Source: a virus
Direction: 5' to 3' (one strand)
Length of the DNA stretch: 64,000 bases
IMG/VR virus record: IMGVR_UViG_3300028197_001221
Coordinates: 32,001 to 96,000 of that record
Part shown: piece after piece, positions 40,605 to 49,213 of the stretch
Position numbering within the stretch: position 1 is the stretch's first letter
Layout of the letters: every line of letters begins with the position of its first letter
The notes under the pieces: model-generated
What the model saw: the letters and a program-made list of their open reading frames with translations, nothing else
Database searches by the model: none
What the model was told of the DNA's origin: nothing
Translations under genes and position numbers: made by a program

Positions 40605-42308
40605 TTATATCCTGTGTATACTAATTGTACTTGAGTCGAGAAAATTACCTGAAGCTTCTATATAAGCTTTGTCGCCAGAGGCCAGAGGAACGTGCCATAC
40701 TTTTCCAGCACTAGTAGGATAATCAGTAGCACCAATATACTGCATATTACCAGTTGTCAAGACTTGATTGCCACTGGTAACTAATCTAAATTCAGCTAGT
40801 GGTGATAAAAGTTCTCCACCACTAGCAAGTATGTTTGTACTAATAGTATATACTCCAGATTTAGGAGCTGAGTAGATATAAGTATTCGTATTAAAACTAG
40901 CAGGGTGAGAATTGGATTCTACAACATCAAAATTAAATGTAGAAAAAGAACTGTATTGTCTTGAAGAATTCATCGCCAAACTATTACCACTACCAACAGC
41001 GCTAAAATAAACAGGAGTATGATCTTCAACAAAATTGTCAAATTGATTATTAAGAACTTGAACTTTGTTGTCAAACACTCCACTAAAAGTGTCAACTTTA
41101 TTATCCGTCACCTCAAACTTATTATCGAACACACCACTAAAGGTGTCAAATTGATTTTCCAGAGCTTGAAAATTATTATCCAAAACATTAAATTTGCTGT
41201 CTAGTGTATTGAATTTGTTGTCAAATATACCGCTAAAGGTATTAAACTGAGTGTCTAACCTTCCACTATGGTTAATGAAGAATTGGTCTGCTCTTCCAGA
41301 TTCAGCTATAAAGTGAGATACAATTCTTTCATTGTTATCACGATTCCAATCTATAAGATATCCAGAAAGAGCAACATACTTAGTATCCAATTCATCAGCC
41401 ACAACAGCATCTTTGGCATCCATGATCCCAATTAGATCTCCAGACGTTACTGCAAGTTGCGTAAGTGTAGCATACTGATCGCTAAGATCAGGAATATCCG
41501 TAGCATACAGCTGCCTGAATGAAGGATAGCCTTCAGGACAAGCTCCATCACAAACTCCCGTTGGGGCTGCGAAAACATAATTAACAGTTTGTTTTTTTAG
41601 TAGTGTGTATTCATTGACAACGCCACTGTGTTCTATTACCAGTGAAGATTTAGAATTATTATCTGTCTGATTGGGCAAGAAGTGTTTATACTGAATGCCG
41701 CCCACGTAGGAACTGTCATCTCCATTCGTAGCTCTGAATGTTACACCACTTATACCTACGTAATAACCACTAGCTCTAACGGCAGATTGTTGAGAACCAT
41801 CACCACCAATGTCAATACCATAAACGGGGGTATTATTTTGTAATCCTAAAGATTTAAAATCTTGATTCCATATAAAATCAGAATCAGAATTAATCATATT
41901 GGCAGAGTTCCAGAAAGCAACAGAGTGTTGAGATGGAACAGAGAAATCAGCCAAACCAGAACCGCTATACACAGCATGAGTAGCTGGATAAGTAGCAAAT
42001 ATTTCTTTTGTACCAGTAGTAAAATTAACTAAGCCGTTTAAATTACTGCTGGAAAAAGGACTTCTAGTTATATAACTATATGAAACTGTTCCACCATTAG
42101 GTAAATCTCCTCCAACTTTATAAAGGACACCGGAACCAATCTCATAATTTGTTCGATCAGCGATTGCGTAAAATACTGTATCTAAATGGTCAAAAGCATC
42201 TCCAAAAGAAGTGAAGCCAGCAACAGCACCAAGCAATCCAAAATTGCCCTGACCAGTACTAGTGCTAGTTTCTTTTACTCTATCATGTATTTTAACTGTG
42301 TTTGACAC
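40605..42308 (-). CDS. Fibre protein: DRVKET N-terminal domain, coiled coil, C1q-like C-terminus
   Basis: TFSG(V/I)FDNK repeats followed by VYFSA...FNFDVVESN...FN...Y.APKSGVYTIS, which is C1q-like. Confidence 0.7.
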   Translation of the reverse strand: MSNTVKIHDRVKETSTSTGQGNFGLLGAVAGFTSFGDAFDHLDTVFYAIADRTNYEIGSGVLYKVGGDLPNGGTVSYSYITRSPFSSSNLNGLVNFTTGTKEIFATYPATHAVYSGSGLADFSVPSQHSVAFWNSANMINSDSDFIWNQDFKSLGLQNNTPVYGIDIGGDGSQQSAVRASGYYVGISGVTFRATNGDDSSYVGGIQYKHFLPNQTDNNSKSSLVIEHSGVVNEYTLLKKQTVNYVFAAPTGVCDGACPEGYPSFRQLYATDIPDLSDQYATLTQLAVTSGDLIGIMDAKDAVVADELDTKYVALSGYLIDWNRDNNERIVSHFIAESGRADQFFINHSGRLDTQFNTFSGIFDNKFNTLDSKFNVLDNNFQALENQFDTFSGVFDNKFEVTDNKVDTFSGVFDNKVQVLNNQFDNFVEDHTPVYFSAVGSGNSLAMNSSRQYSSFSTFNFDVVESNSHPASFNTNTYIYSAPKSGVYTISTNILASGGELLSPLAEFRLVTSGNQVLTTGNMQYIGATDYPTSAGKVWHVPLASGDKAYIEASGNFLDSSTISIHRI

Positions 42309-42317
42309 TGTTTACTC

Positions 42318-43136
42318 CTATCTGATACTTAGTATTACTAAATCATTTTGTTTGGTATTGATGTATTGGTTAAATTTATCTTGCACTGCAAAGGTGCAAT
42401 GATCCGACTTTCTTATACAGCAAGCAGCATTTATCATATTTACTTCTGAATCCGTTTCGTGACCATTGCTTGTGGCTATAGCTATGTAGTCGCCTTCTAA
42501 ATCTTCATTAAAAACTATTTTAAATCTTCCCTTACTTATTTCTTCTATTGAACTTACATTAAAAGATGTGTTAACTGTTATTGGGTTTGTAGTTGAATCA
42601 AAACTAATCCAAGCGTTTGCAGATCCAGCTACTGATGTTAGCTTAGATTGATCTGAATCAAAAACTAAACTAGTATTACTAGCAACTAGAACATTTTCTT
42701 TTTGGCTAGTATATCTTTTAAATGATATTCCATAATTATTTACACCTTTAGAGTTAATCCAAGCATCATTTAATCCTAAATTCCCTGTCATAAAACCGCC
42801 AGAATTACTCAATAAAATATCATGAGCGTTTGGCGAGTCTAAATTTGTAAGATTGTTATGCTCTACTGTATCACTACCCAAATAAGGAACTGTTTGAATA
42901 ACTTCTGGTGTAGAAGAATTAGGAAACTTTACTCCTATGTCTAATTTTAAATTAACGTTTTCTGATAAATATATGTTTTTTTTAAATTGAATGTTGGCAT
43001 TTTGAACTATTGGCATTACAGAATCTACTATATTCAAAGCCTGTAATAAAAAATCTACCTCTGTTAAGAAGTCTTCTTTTATAAGCTTTGTTGATATTTC
43101 ATTTCTTAATATTGCAGGATCTGTAAAAATTGTCAT
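42318..43136 (-). CDS. Fibre-like protein, paralog of 43136..44140
   Basis: ANAWISF...SFNVSSI...GRFKIVF C-terminal domain. Confidence 0.7.
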   Translation of the reverse strand: MTIFTDPAILRNEISTKLIKEDFLTEVDFLLQALNIVDSVMPIVQNANIQFKKNIYLSENVNLKLDIGVKFPNSSTPEVIQTVPYLGSDTVEHNNLTNLDSPNAHDILLSNSGGFMTGNLGLNDAWINSKGVNNYGISFKRYTSQKENVLVASNTSLVFDSDQSKLTSVAGSANAWISFDSTTNPITVNTSFNVSSIEEISKGRFKIVFNEDLEGDYIAIATSNGHETDSEVNMINAACCIRKSDHCTFAVQDKFNQYINTKQNDLVILSIR

Positions 43137-44140
43137 TACGTTACTGTTACTACGGTTGCGAGGGTTGGCTTCTCTACTCCAGAAGGAACTCCATAAACTA
43201 CTACATCATTAACTTTAGCGTCTACATAATTACTACCATCATTCTGTACTGCTAAAGTAAATACATCTCCACTGCGAACAACAGCAGCCGCATTAACTAA
43301 GTCCATGTCAGAAGCGCTAGAATTATCACTAGTTCCATTGCAGTGTGCTACAACTACATAATTACCACTGTCGAGCGGGTCGAATTCGTGACTAGCATCA
43401 AACCTAATTTCGTATCTACCAGCACCTATTCTCTGAATCGTATCAATACCCATAGAACTCTGTACTTCTACACCATCATCTGTGGAAGAAGAAAACCTAA
43501 TATATGCATGGGCTTGACCAATTGCTGAAGTCATAACAGAATGATCTCTATCAAATTCTAGATTACTGCCTGATCCTAAATGTACATGTTCTAGATTTGA
43601 AGATCTTCTATCAAAGTAAATACCTAGAGGTTCAGATTCTTGCGGTCCTCTAGAACTAATCCTATTAGGTGGAATCTTATCAGCCTCAACTCCACCCGTT
43701 GGAACATAACCACCCATTCCGAGAGCGCCCGTCATAATATCCCCAGAAATTTGAACATACTGAGGGTGAGGATTCCCTATCTCTCTATTCAGTAAATCAT
43801 TATGATTTATACTTTCTGGACCGGGGTAAGGAACGGTTTGTAGCTCGCCTGTTGAAAACTGTACTCCAGAATCTAAAATAAGAATACCGCCTCTAACCGC
43901 ATCATTCAATGGATTTATATTTCTTTGCAATCGCAGATTTTCTTGAAATGGATTTCCAGCAGTGCCGAAGTCTCCACTACCTACATTTTCTAAAATAGAA
44001 TCAACAATATCTTCAAGATTAACTCTAATATCAGCAGCGCTAATACGACCAGCGTTATTATCTGGTAAAAGCTGATTAATTCTACTTTTTATGCTGTCTT
44101 GTTCTCCAGCTGAATCTTCTGTTAAATGTCTAATCGCCAT
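43136..44140 (-). CDS. Fibre-like protein, paralog of 42318..43136
   Basis: LPDNNAGRISAADIR, HNDL...PHPQY and AHAYIRF...GRYEIRF motifs. Confidence 0.7.
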   Translation of the reverse strand: MAIRHLTEDSAGEQDSIKSRINQLLPDNNAGRISAADIRVNLEDIVDSILENVGSGDFGTAGNPFQENLRLQRNINPLNDAVRGGILILDSGVQFSTGELQTVPYPGPESINHNDLLNREIGNPHPQYVQISGDIMTGALGMGGYVPTGGVEADKIPPNRISSRGPQESEPLGIYFDRRSSNLEHVHLGSGSNLEFDRDHSVMTSAIGQAHAYIRFSSSTDDGVEVQSSMGIDTIQRIGAGRYEIRFDASHEFDPLDSGNYVVVAHCNGTSDNSSASDMDLVNAAAVVRSGDVFTLAVQNDGSNYVDAKVNDVVVYGVPSGVEKPTLATVVTVT

Positions 44141-44152
44141 ATTTTTCTCCTT

Positions 44153-44674
44153 TTAATATCTAAAATATCCACCTCTAAGGTCAAGGTCTGAATTAGACCT
44201 TTGAACAAAGTCGCTACCGGGACTATAGGGACCAAGGATGGCTTTACCAGCAATGCTATTGCCAGCTTTGTAATCTAGTAACAATTGATCATATTTAGCA
44301 CATATGTCTTTATACAAGCCCATTAAAGTGCCAGTAACATTTCGTAAATCTATTGAGCTTGGACCATCCTTGATAGCAATAGCATTTCCTGACTCTGCTT
44401 TAACTTCTCCTCCAAGAATTATACAAGCAGTTTTAAAGCTGACTAAAGCTATAAAATCATTGTCTTTAGTTGCTTTTTCTGTAGGATCGGGATCTAGTGT
44501 ACATGTTTCTACATTTATATCGTATGTTTGATTTAAATCAGTTTCTGTAGACAAGATGTGAGAAGCAACTAATATAGTCGTTTCTAATCTTCGAGATGAA
44601 TATTTATAATTTGATGGATCGACATCACTAATTAAATGCCTAACCATTGTAGAGATTTGACCTTGCCAAGACAT
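44153..44674 (-). CDS. Putative head-tail adaptor protein
   Basis: MVRHLISD...YSSRRL...IKDGPSSID matches an adaptor-like pattern. Confidence 0.55.
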   Translation of the reverse strand: MSWQGQISTMVRHLISDVDPSNYKYSSRRLETTILVASHILSTETDLNQTYDINVETCTLDPDPTEKATKDNDFIALVSFKTACIILGGEVKAESGNAIAIKDGPSSIDLRNVTGTLMGLYKDICAKYDQLLLDYKAGNSIAGKAILGPYSPGSDFVQRSNSDLDLRGGYFRY

Positions 44675-44681
44675 ATATCAC

Positions 44682-44987
44682 CTATAAATTGCAGTGTACT
44701 TTAAAAGAGTAAATATCAGTATAATAAGTTCCAGTAGAAAGAATAACTTTAGCTTGAAGTTTATAAAGTCCGGCCTCGTCTAAATCTCCTGCTAATGTGC
44801 TGTAATAAACTTTACCATCTGTTCCGTCAGAATCTAAAGTTCCAGCTTTTTGCATAAGCTCGTCATCTGGCTTTTTGAAGATCATGGTTATGCTAGTGGC
44901 TGTAGAAATGTCTACAGCTGCACCGTCATCTTTAATTGTAGCTAAAAACTTAGTGCCTACATCGTTTACATGTACTTCGCTAGCCAT
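44682..44987 (-). CDS. BppU-N-like Ig-fold virion protein
   Basis: DVGT.F..TI.D....VDIS.A...KKPD...GKV.Y....GDLDEAG.Y.LQ. Confidence 0.6.
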   Translation of the reverse strand: MASEVHVNDVGTKFLATIKDDGAAVDISTATSITMIFKKPDDELMQKAGTLDSDGTDGKVYYSTLAGDLDEAGLYKLQAKVILSTGTYYTDIYSFKVHCNL

Positions 44988-44988
44988 A

Positions 44989-45051
44989 TTATTTTCTCAA
45001 TGTGATGTTGGATTGTTGCTGAATGGATAATGTAATATCTAGAATTTTCAT
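44989..45051 (-). CDS. 20-aa micro-ORF MKILDITLSIQQQSNITLRK
   Basis: Its ATG overlaps the upstream TGA, it fills the gap exactly, and its stop lies 1 nt before the next ATG. Confidence 0.55.
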   Translation of the reverse strand: MKILDITLSIQQQSNITLRK

Positions 45052-45221
45052 ATCATTACCTGTGGATTTTTCTCTAGTGTTAAATCTATACCAATAACAG
45101 AATATATACTAGGATTGTGAATATCTATCTGTTGTATATTCAAAATCAAATCAGAGTCTATTCCATTATAATATATTATTCCCACAGCAGAAAATGGTAA
45201 AATACTAAAAAACCCAAACAT
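45048..45221 (-). CDS. Small virion-type protein with an MFGF..PF N-terminus
   Basis: ATG at 45221 after GAGGTG and a GTGTATA motif. Confidence 0.65.
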   Translation of the reverse strand: MFGFFSILPFSAVGIIYYNGIDSDLILNIQQIDIHNPSIYSVIGIDLTLEKNPQVMI

Positions 45222-45232
45222 ACTACACCTCA

Positions 45233-45245
45233 CCTAATTATACAC
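45233..45245 (-). promoter_or_regulatory. Putative late promoter GTGTATAATTAGG
   Basis: Intergenic GTGTATA just upstream of the SD. Confidence 0.6.
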
Positions 45246-45251
45246 TAAAAA

Positions 45252-45572
45252 CTATACTGACGGTGGATCAATGACCTGATTTTCTACACCTAGCTCAGTA
45301 ACATACGCTATAATTCCAGCCATAGCCGCTTGAAGACTAGAGCTAGATTCTGATTTTTCTAGCATATTGTTCACTCTAATCCATTGACCATTTCCCGGTT
45401 CAAACTCAGCCACACCATCAAACATGCCATATTTGCGCAGTTTTACCTGTCCAGAAATATCCATATTAGGATCTGGTCCGCGAATAATTACTTCTTCAAT
45501 CCACACTCTGTCGTAAGTTTTAGCGGGAATTGTTTCAGGTGTCACAGCATTTAAAATTGGTAAATCTGCCAT
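45252..45572 (-). CDS. Hypothetical protein in the fibre region
   Basis: 106-aa ORF with AAGGAG upstream. Confidence 0.7.
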   Translation of the reverse strand: MADLPILNAVTPETIPAKTYDRVWIEEVIIRGPDPNMDISGQVKLRKYGMFDGVAEFEPGNGQWIRVNNMLEKSESSSSLQAAMAGIIAYVTELGVENQVIDPPSV

Positions 45573-45584
45573 AATATTTTCTCC

Positions 45585-45911
45585 TTAAGTTTTAGGATTA
45601 TTATCTTTAACTAATTTAAGAGACAGATAAAAGTCTGATGTTTTATCTAGTGATCCACTGTCAATAGAATGCCATAGCATATCTAGCTGTTCACCTATTT
45701 CTGGATATTGTTCTCTTCTGTTGTGTTGGTATTCTATAGCGTCTTCTATAGCTTGTAGTCTTTCCATTTCGTTTTGAATGTCTTGTCTGGACACAGCGGT
45801 TACACCTGCGTCTTGAATTTCAATTTTGTCAAAGTTATTGTCTTCAACAGAAAATCTGACGTTTGGCATTAACGATATTAGTGCATCATGTATTTCTATG
45901 ATTTTTTTCAT
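45585..45911 (-). CDS. Tail-fibre-associated chaperone-like protein
   Basis: YQHNRREQYPEIGEQLDMLWH...VKDNNPK, a motif common next to marine phage fibre genes. Confidence 0.6.
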   Translation of the reverse strand: MKKIIEIHDALISLMPNVRFSVEDNNFDKIEIQDAGVTAVSRQDIQNEMERLQAIEDAIEYQHNRREQYPEIGEQLDMLWHSIDSGSLDKTSDFYLSLKLVKDNNPKT

Positions 45912-46432
45912 ACTACTAAGATCTCCGTTAATATAGCTTGTGATACTGCATTTTCATAGGCTGCCGCTCCAGCAGAAGCTACTGTTCTGTTTAAATATAA
46001 TGTCATCGCTACATTAGAGGATTGAATCATAAAATGATATTCTACTTCTTCGGTAGTATTTGGACTGTCAAAACAAATATAATGATTGGTAACTGGAGTA
46101 GAAGCGTTGTTATTATCATAGGGTATAAGTCCCCACCCAGACCAATAATTACTATCATCATTTCTCACAACTTCAGTCTCTGCACCCCCATTGATACTTC
46201 TAGAAACTCTAAATACCGAATTCCAATCACATTCATATGAAATATTTAATTCAACTCTAATTTTACTATTTGTTGCAGTGGGGGTTATAGCTGTGTCTAA
46301 AACCGTCATGTATGTTCCAGCATCAGGAGAAGCCAGAACAGAATATGTTGTCTTGCCAGTATAAACACTGGTCACGACTTGTCCAAGAAACTCTTTGCCT
46401 GTGCGGATTGCATTATCGTATGTTTTTGTCAT
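45908..46432 (-). CDS. Fibre-tip-like beta-sandwich protein
   Basis: GQVV...AITPTATNSKIRV...DSPNTTEEVEY...S.AILTEI. Confidence 0.6.
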   Translation of the reverse strand: MTKTYDNAIRTGKEFLGQVVTSVYTGKTTYSVLASPDAGTYMTVLDTAITPTATNSKIRVELNISYECDWNSVFRVSRSINGGAETEVVRNDDSNYWSGWGLIPYDNNNASTPVTNHYICFDSPNTTEEVEYHFMIQSSNVAMTLYLNRTVASAGAAAYENAVSQAILTEILVV

Positions 46433-47100
46433 GATAATTCTCCAAAAAATATTAATCCTACATATTCTGAATCAAATAAAGTTCCCGTCGAATAAGTAGT
46501 AGTAATAATAACACTAGTGGTAGTCATGCCTGAGTCTAAGGTACGATTTCTATGTATTTGAACGGTAGCTGTTGTATTGTTGGCATTCTGCGTAAACCTA
46601 GCAGTACCAGCCATTGCAAAGTCATTGTTAGCGAAAGCTCTTTTGAAATTAACTTGATAATAACCTGTACTTCCAAGATCAGTGATACTATCTACATTGT
46701 ATTCATCTCTAATGCCTACTGTTCCGTTGCCTTGAAAATTGACCCAAGCAGCAGCAACTCTTCTCTTTACGTTTTCAGTTTCTGTAGAGCTATCAGAAAG
46801 TTTGTCAGCTGTAACAGCTTCATCTACAATTTCACTAGTATTAACAGCACTAAGCCCAGAGTTAGAAGTGTTACGAATAGAGAACTCAATAATATCGCCA
46901 GCACTAGCGCCCTGCGTTAATGTTATACCACTAGTTCCGTTCAAGCTGTAATCCGACCCCTGAATAAGCCTAACTCCATTAAGATAAGTCTCAATGCTAG
47001 CGCCACTAAATCCACCAGTAACAGTAACCGCCGTTTGGTTTGCTGTTAGAGTTACAGTCTGTCTTGAAGTTTGTCTACTTATGTCTCTGGCTATACTCAT
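46429..47100 (-). CDS. Short fibre-like protein
   Basis: YLNGVRL module plus an AAAWVNF...NVDSITD.G..YQVNF domain. Confidence 0.7.
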   Translation of the reverse strand: MSIARDISRQTSRQTVTLTANQTAVTVTGGFSGASIETYLNGVRLIQGSDYSLNGTSGITLTQGASAGDIIEFSIRNTSNSGLSAVNTSEIVDEAVTADKLSDSSTETENVKRRVAAAWVNFQGNGTVGIRDEYNVDSITDLGSTGYYQVNFKRAFANNDFAMAGTARFTQNANNTTATVQIHRNRTLDSGMTTTSVIITTTYSTGTLFDSEYVGLIFFGELS

Positions 47101-47101
47101 A

Positions 47102-47710
47102 TTATATCTCCGCTAGTTCTTCTACTGCTGTTGCGTCTTTTACTAATTTCCTTCTAGCAGCATCTCCTCCACTTAATTGACTTCTAGCTGCTCCATAAGC
47201 TAACATCAAGGGTGTCATTTCTGCTACGCTTAATGAATGAAGTTCGCTGTCTGTGTCTGAAATAACAACAGGGTCTGTAGAGCCTAAAGATGCTGCTTCT
47301 TTAGCAAGAGCATATGCAGCACTCAACAAAGCCACATCGTCTGTATGAATACCAAGACTCCAACCTTCTGGTGTTTGCCACCCGTTGTTTAGCGTAACTT
47401 TCCAAGCTTCATCAATCTCTGTTAGCTTGTCTCTTTTTGCTTTATCTAAATCTGAAATATACATAGCCTCAGTCACAGGATCAACGACTTTTAATTCTTC
47501 TGGTGTTGTAGCACTTGTAATTCTTTCATCTTCTGGAGCATCTCGTAGTAGTTGTTTTCTTTTTTCTATATCGTTTTTCAATGTAACATTCTGTGCTTCT
47601 GTAGCTTTAAGATAATCTACATCTAAAGAAACAAAATAAGGCTCTCTATCTGCACGAATTTTTTCTTTCCATATCTCTTTAGCTTTATTTATATTAATAT
47701 TAATTTGCAT
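47102..47710 (-). CDS. Tail-fibre assembly chaperone-like protein with two fused domains (C-terminal one DUF4376-like)
   Basis: ATG at 47710 after GGAGG. KAKEI...R..R...LDV...KQLLRD.P is followed by LDKAKRDKL.EI...D.DSELHSLS..E. Confidence 0.55.
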   Translation of the reverse strand: MQINININKAKEIWKEKIRADREPYFVSLDVDYLKATEAQNVTLKNDIEKRKQLLRDAPEDERITSATTPEELKVVDPVTEAMYISDLDKAKRDKLTEIDEAWKVTLNNGWQTPEGWSLGIHTDDVALLSAAYALAKEAASLGSTDPVVISDTDSELHSLSVAEMTPLMLAYGAARSQLSGGDAARRKLVKDATAVEELAEI

Positions 47711-47711
47711 A

Positions 47712-47960
47712 CTAACCTCCATAGCCTAATCTAAAGAACTCGTCTGCCCCTATACCGAAACCTTCAGGATCAGTAAAGTCAGCTTCCCAAGCACTGCGAA
47801 AAGTTCTATCTGTAGGAACATCTGTATGTTCTATAATTCTATAAGGTTTGCCTTTAGGAACATCCTTAAGAGCAATTTCCTCTATTGTATATTTTGTATT
47901 TGGAGATGGGATAACAATCGCAACTCCATCATCATCATTTGGATAAATTATTCTTTTCAT
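47712..47960 (-). CDS. Tail-fibre-associated small protein
   Basis: IIY.....GVAI..P...IA.KDVP.G.PY.I...DRTFR.AW family motif. Confidence 0.65.
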   Translation of the reverse strand: MKRIIYPNDDDGVAIVIPSPNTKYTIEEIALKDVPKGKPYRIIEHTDVPTDRTFRSAWEADFTDPEGFGIGADEFFRLGYGG

Positions 47961-47969
47961 TTTTTCTCC

Positions 47970-48323
47970 TTACTCGAAAATTAATACGTCCATAGCACCC
48001 ATATCTGCATAAGCTATCGCACCATAATTTTCTAGACCATAAATATCAACACTACTTGTACTTTTACTATTGGGCCAAACTGAACATATATCACCATCGA
48101 CATTAATACCAGCAGATGTTACAACGACGTAACTAGCAGATTCCATGTTATTTTCAAAACTAAGTTTATATTGACCGGCATATGAAAAACCCGAATCAGT
48201 TACACTACTAACATTGAAAGATCTAACGATAAAAGGACTTACCGAGTTATAAGTCCCACCACCAAAGTAACACCAAGCCTTTGCCTGTCTTGCGTTTTCA
48301 CTTGTTTCTCTTGCTCTTGTCAT
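47970..48323 (-). CDS. Short fibre-tip-like protein
   Basis: MTRARE N-terminus and an AKAWCYF...SFNVSSVTD domain. Confidence 0.7.
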   Translation of the reverse strand: MTRARETSENARQAKAWCYFGGGTYNSVSPFIVRSFNVSSVTDSGFSYAGQYKLSFENNMESASYVVVTSAGINVDGDICSVWPNSKSTSSVDIYGLENYGAIAYADMGAMDVLIFE

Positions 48324-49213
48324 CTTGTATACCTCACTATTACTATGCCGCTACCACCAGATCCACCAGTATAACCAGAAGAACCGCCTCCTCCACCGCC
48401 AGTATTAGCAGCTCCAGCTGCACCTAAATGTGGAGAAATGTCACTAGCTCCACCAAGGCCACCACCTCCAAGCCCACCAACACCTCTATTAGCAGTAGTA
48501 TACGATTGTGTTTCCCCCGGCCCTCTACCAGAACCGCCTCCTCCACCACCAGCATAATAAGTGTTTGTCCCACTTATGTTGTACTGTAGACCAATCCCAC
48601 CATTTGGGTCTGTACCGGAATTTTCGGAACCATTCTTGCTAGGAGAGTAGCCACCTGTTCCAGCCGCACCAGCACCACCGCCACCACCTGTATTTCTAGG
48701 ATCATTGGTGTTAAGGTTTCCAGTTCTACCTCCAGAATTACCCTGACCAGAAGTTCCCGCACCAGCTGTTGGATTATTGCTATTAGAATTATAAGCAGAA
48801 CCTCCACCAGAGCCACCAGAGCCACCATTTCTACTATGACCAGAATTAGCACTTCCTCCTTTACCACCACCAATAGCTGTTAGAGAAACAGAAGGGCCAA
48901 TAAATGAAGAAGATGCTCCTTGAGTTACTTGAGAGCCTCCATCGCCTACTGTAATATTAAATGTTCCTCCTCCTACCACTTGAGCAGATTCATAAACTAA
49001 ACCGCCAGCTCCTCCACCACCTCCTCTATGCGAACCTCCACCGCCACCTCCAGCAACAATTAATATTTGCATAGTTTTAGACCCAGTAACGGTAAATGTT
49101 CCACTAGACGTAAAGGTATGAATATTATCACTACCATCAGTGGTTACTGTTCCCCCCAAAGCAGAGAAGTCTTGCTCTGTAGCGAGTAAAGATTTTTTAG
49201 GTAGAAAAATCAT
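48320..49213 (-). CDS. Glycine-rich fibre-associated (adhesin-like) protein
   Basis: HTFTSSGTF...LIVAGGGGGG...GGSGGSGIVIVRY. Confidence 0.75.
   Translation of the reverse strand: MIFLPKKSLLATEQDFSALGGTVTTDGSDNIHTFTSSGTFTVTGSKTMQILIVAGGGGGGSHRGGGGGAGGLVYESAQVVGGGTFNITVGDGGSQVTQGASSSFIGPSVSLTAIGGGKGGSANSGHSRNGGSGGSGGGSAYNSNSNNPTAGAGTSGQGNSGGRTGNLNTNDPRNTGGGGGAGAAGTGGYSPSKNGSENSGTDPNGGIGLQYNISGTNTYYAGGGGGGSGRGPGETQSYTTANRGVGGLGGGGLGGASDISPHLGAAGAANTGGGGGGSSGYTGGSGGSGIVIVRYTR

Noticed and set aside
40614-40620. GTGTATA on the + strand
   Set aside because: It lies in coding sequence, antisense to the operon, and is consistent with a chance occurrence.
41030-41260. Periodic DNA repeats resembling a CRISPR array
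   Set aside because: They are degenerate, in-frame and encode coiled-coil TFSGVFDNK repeats.
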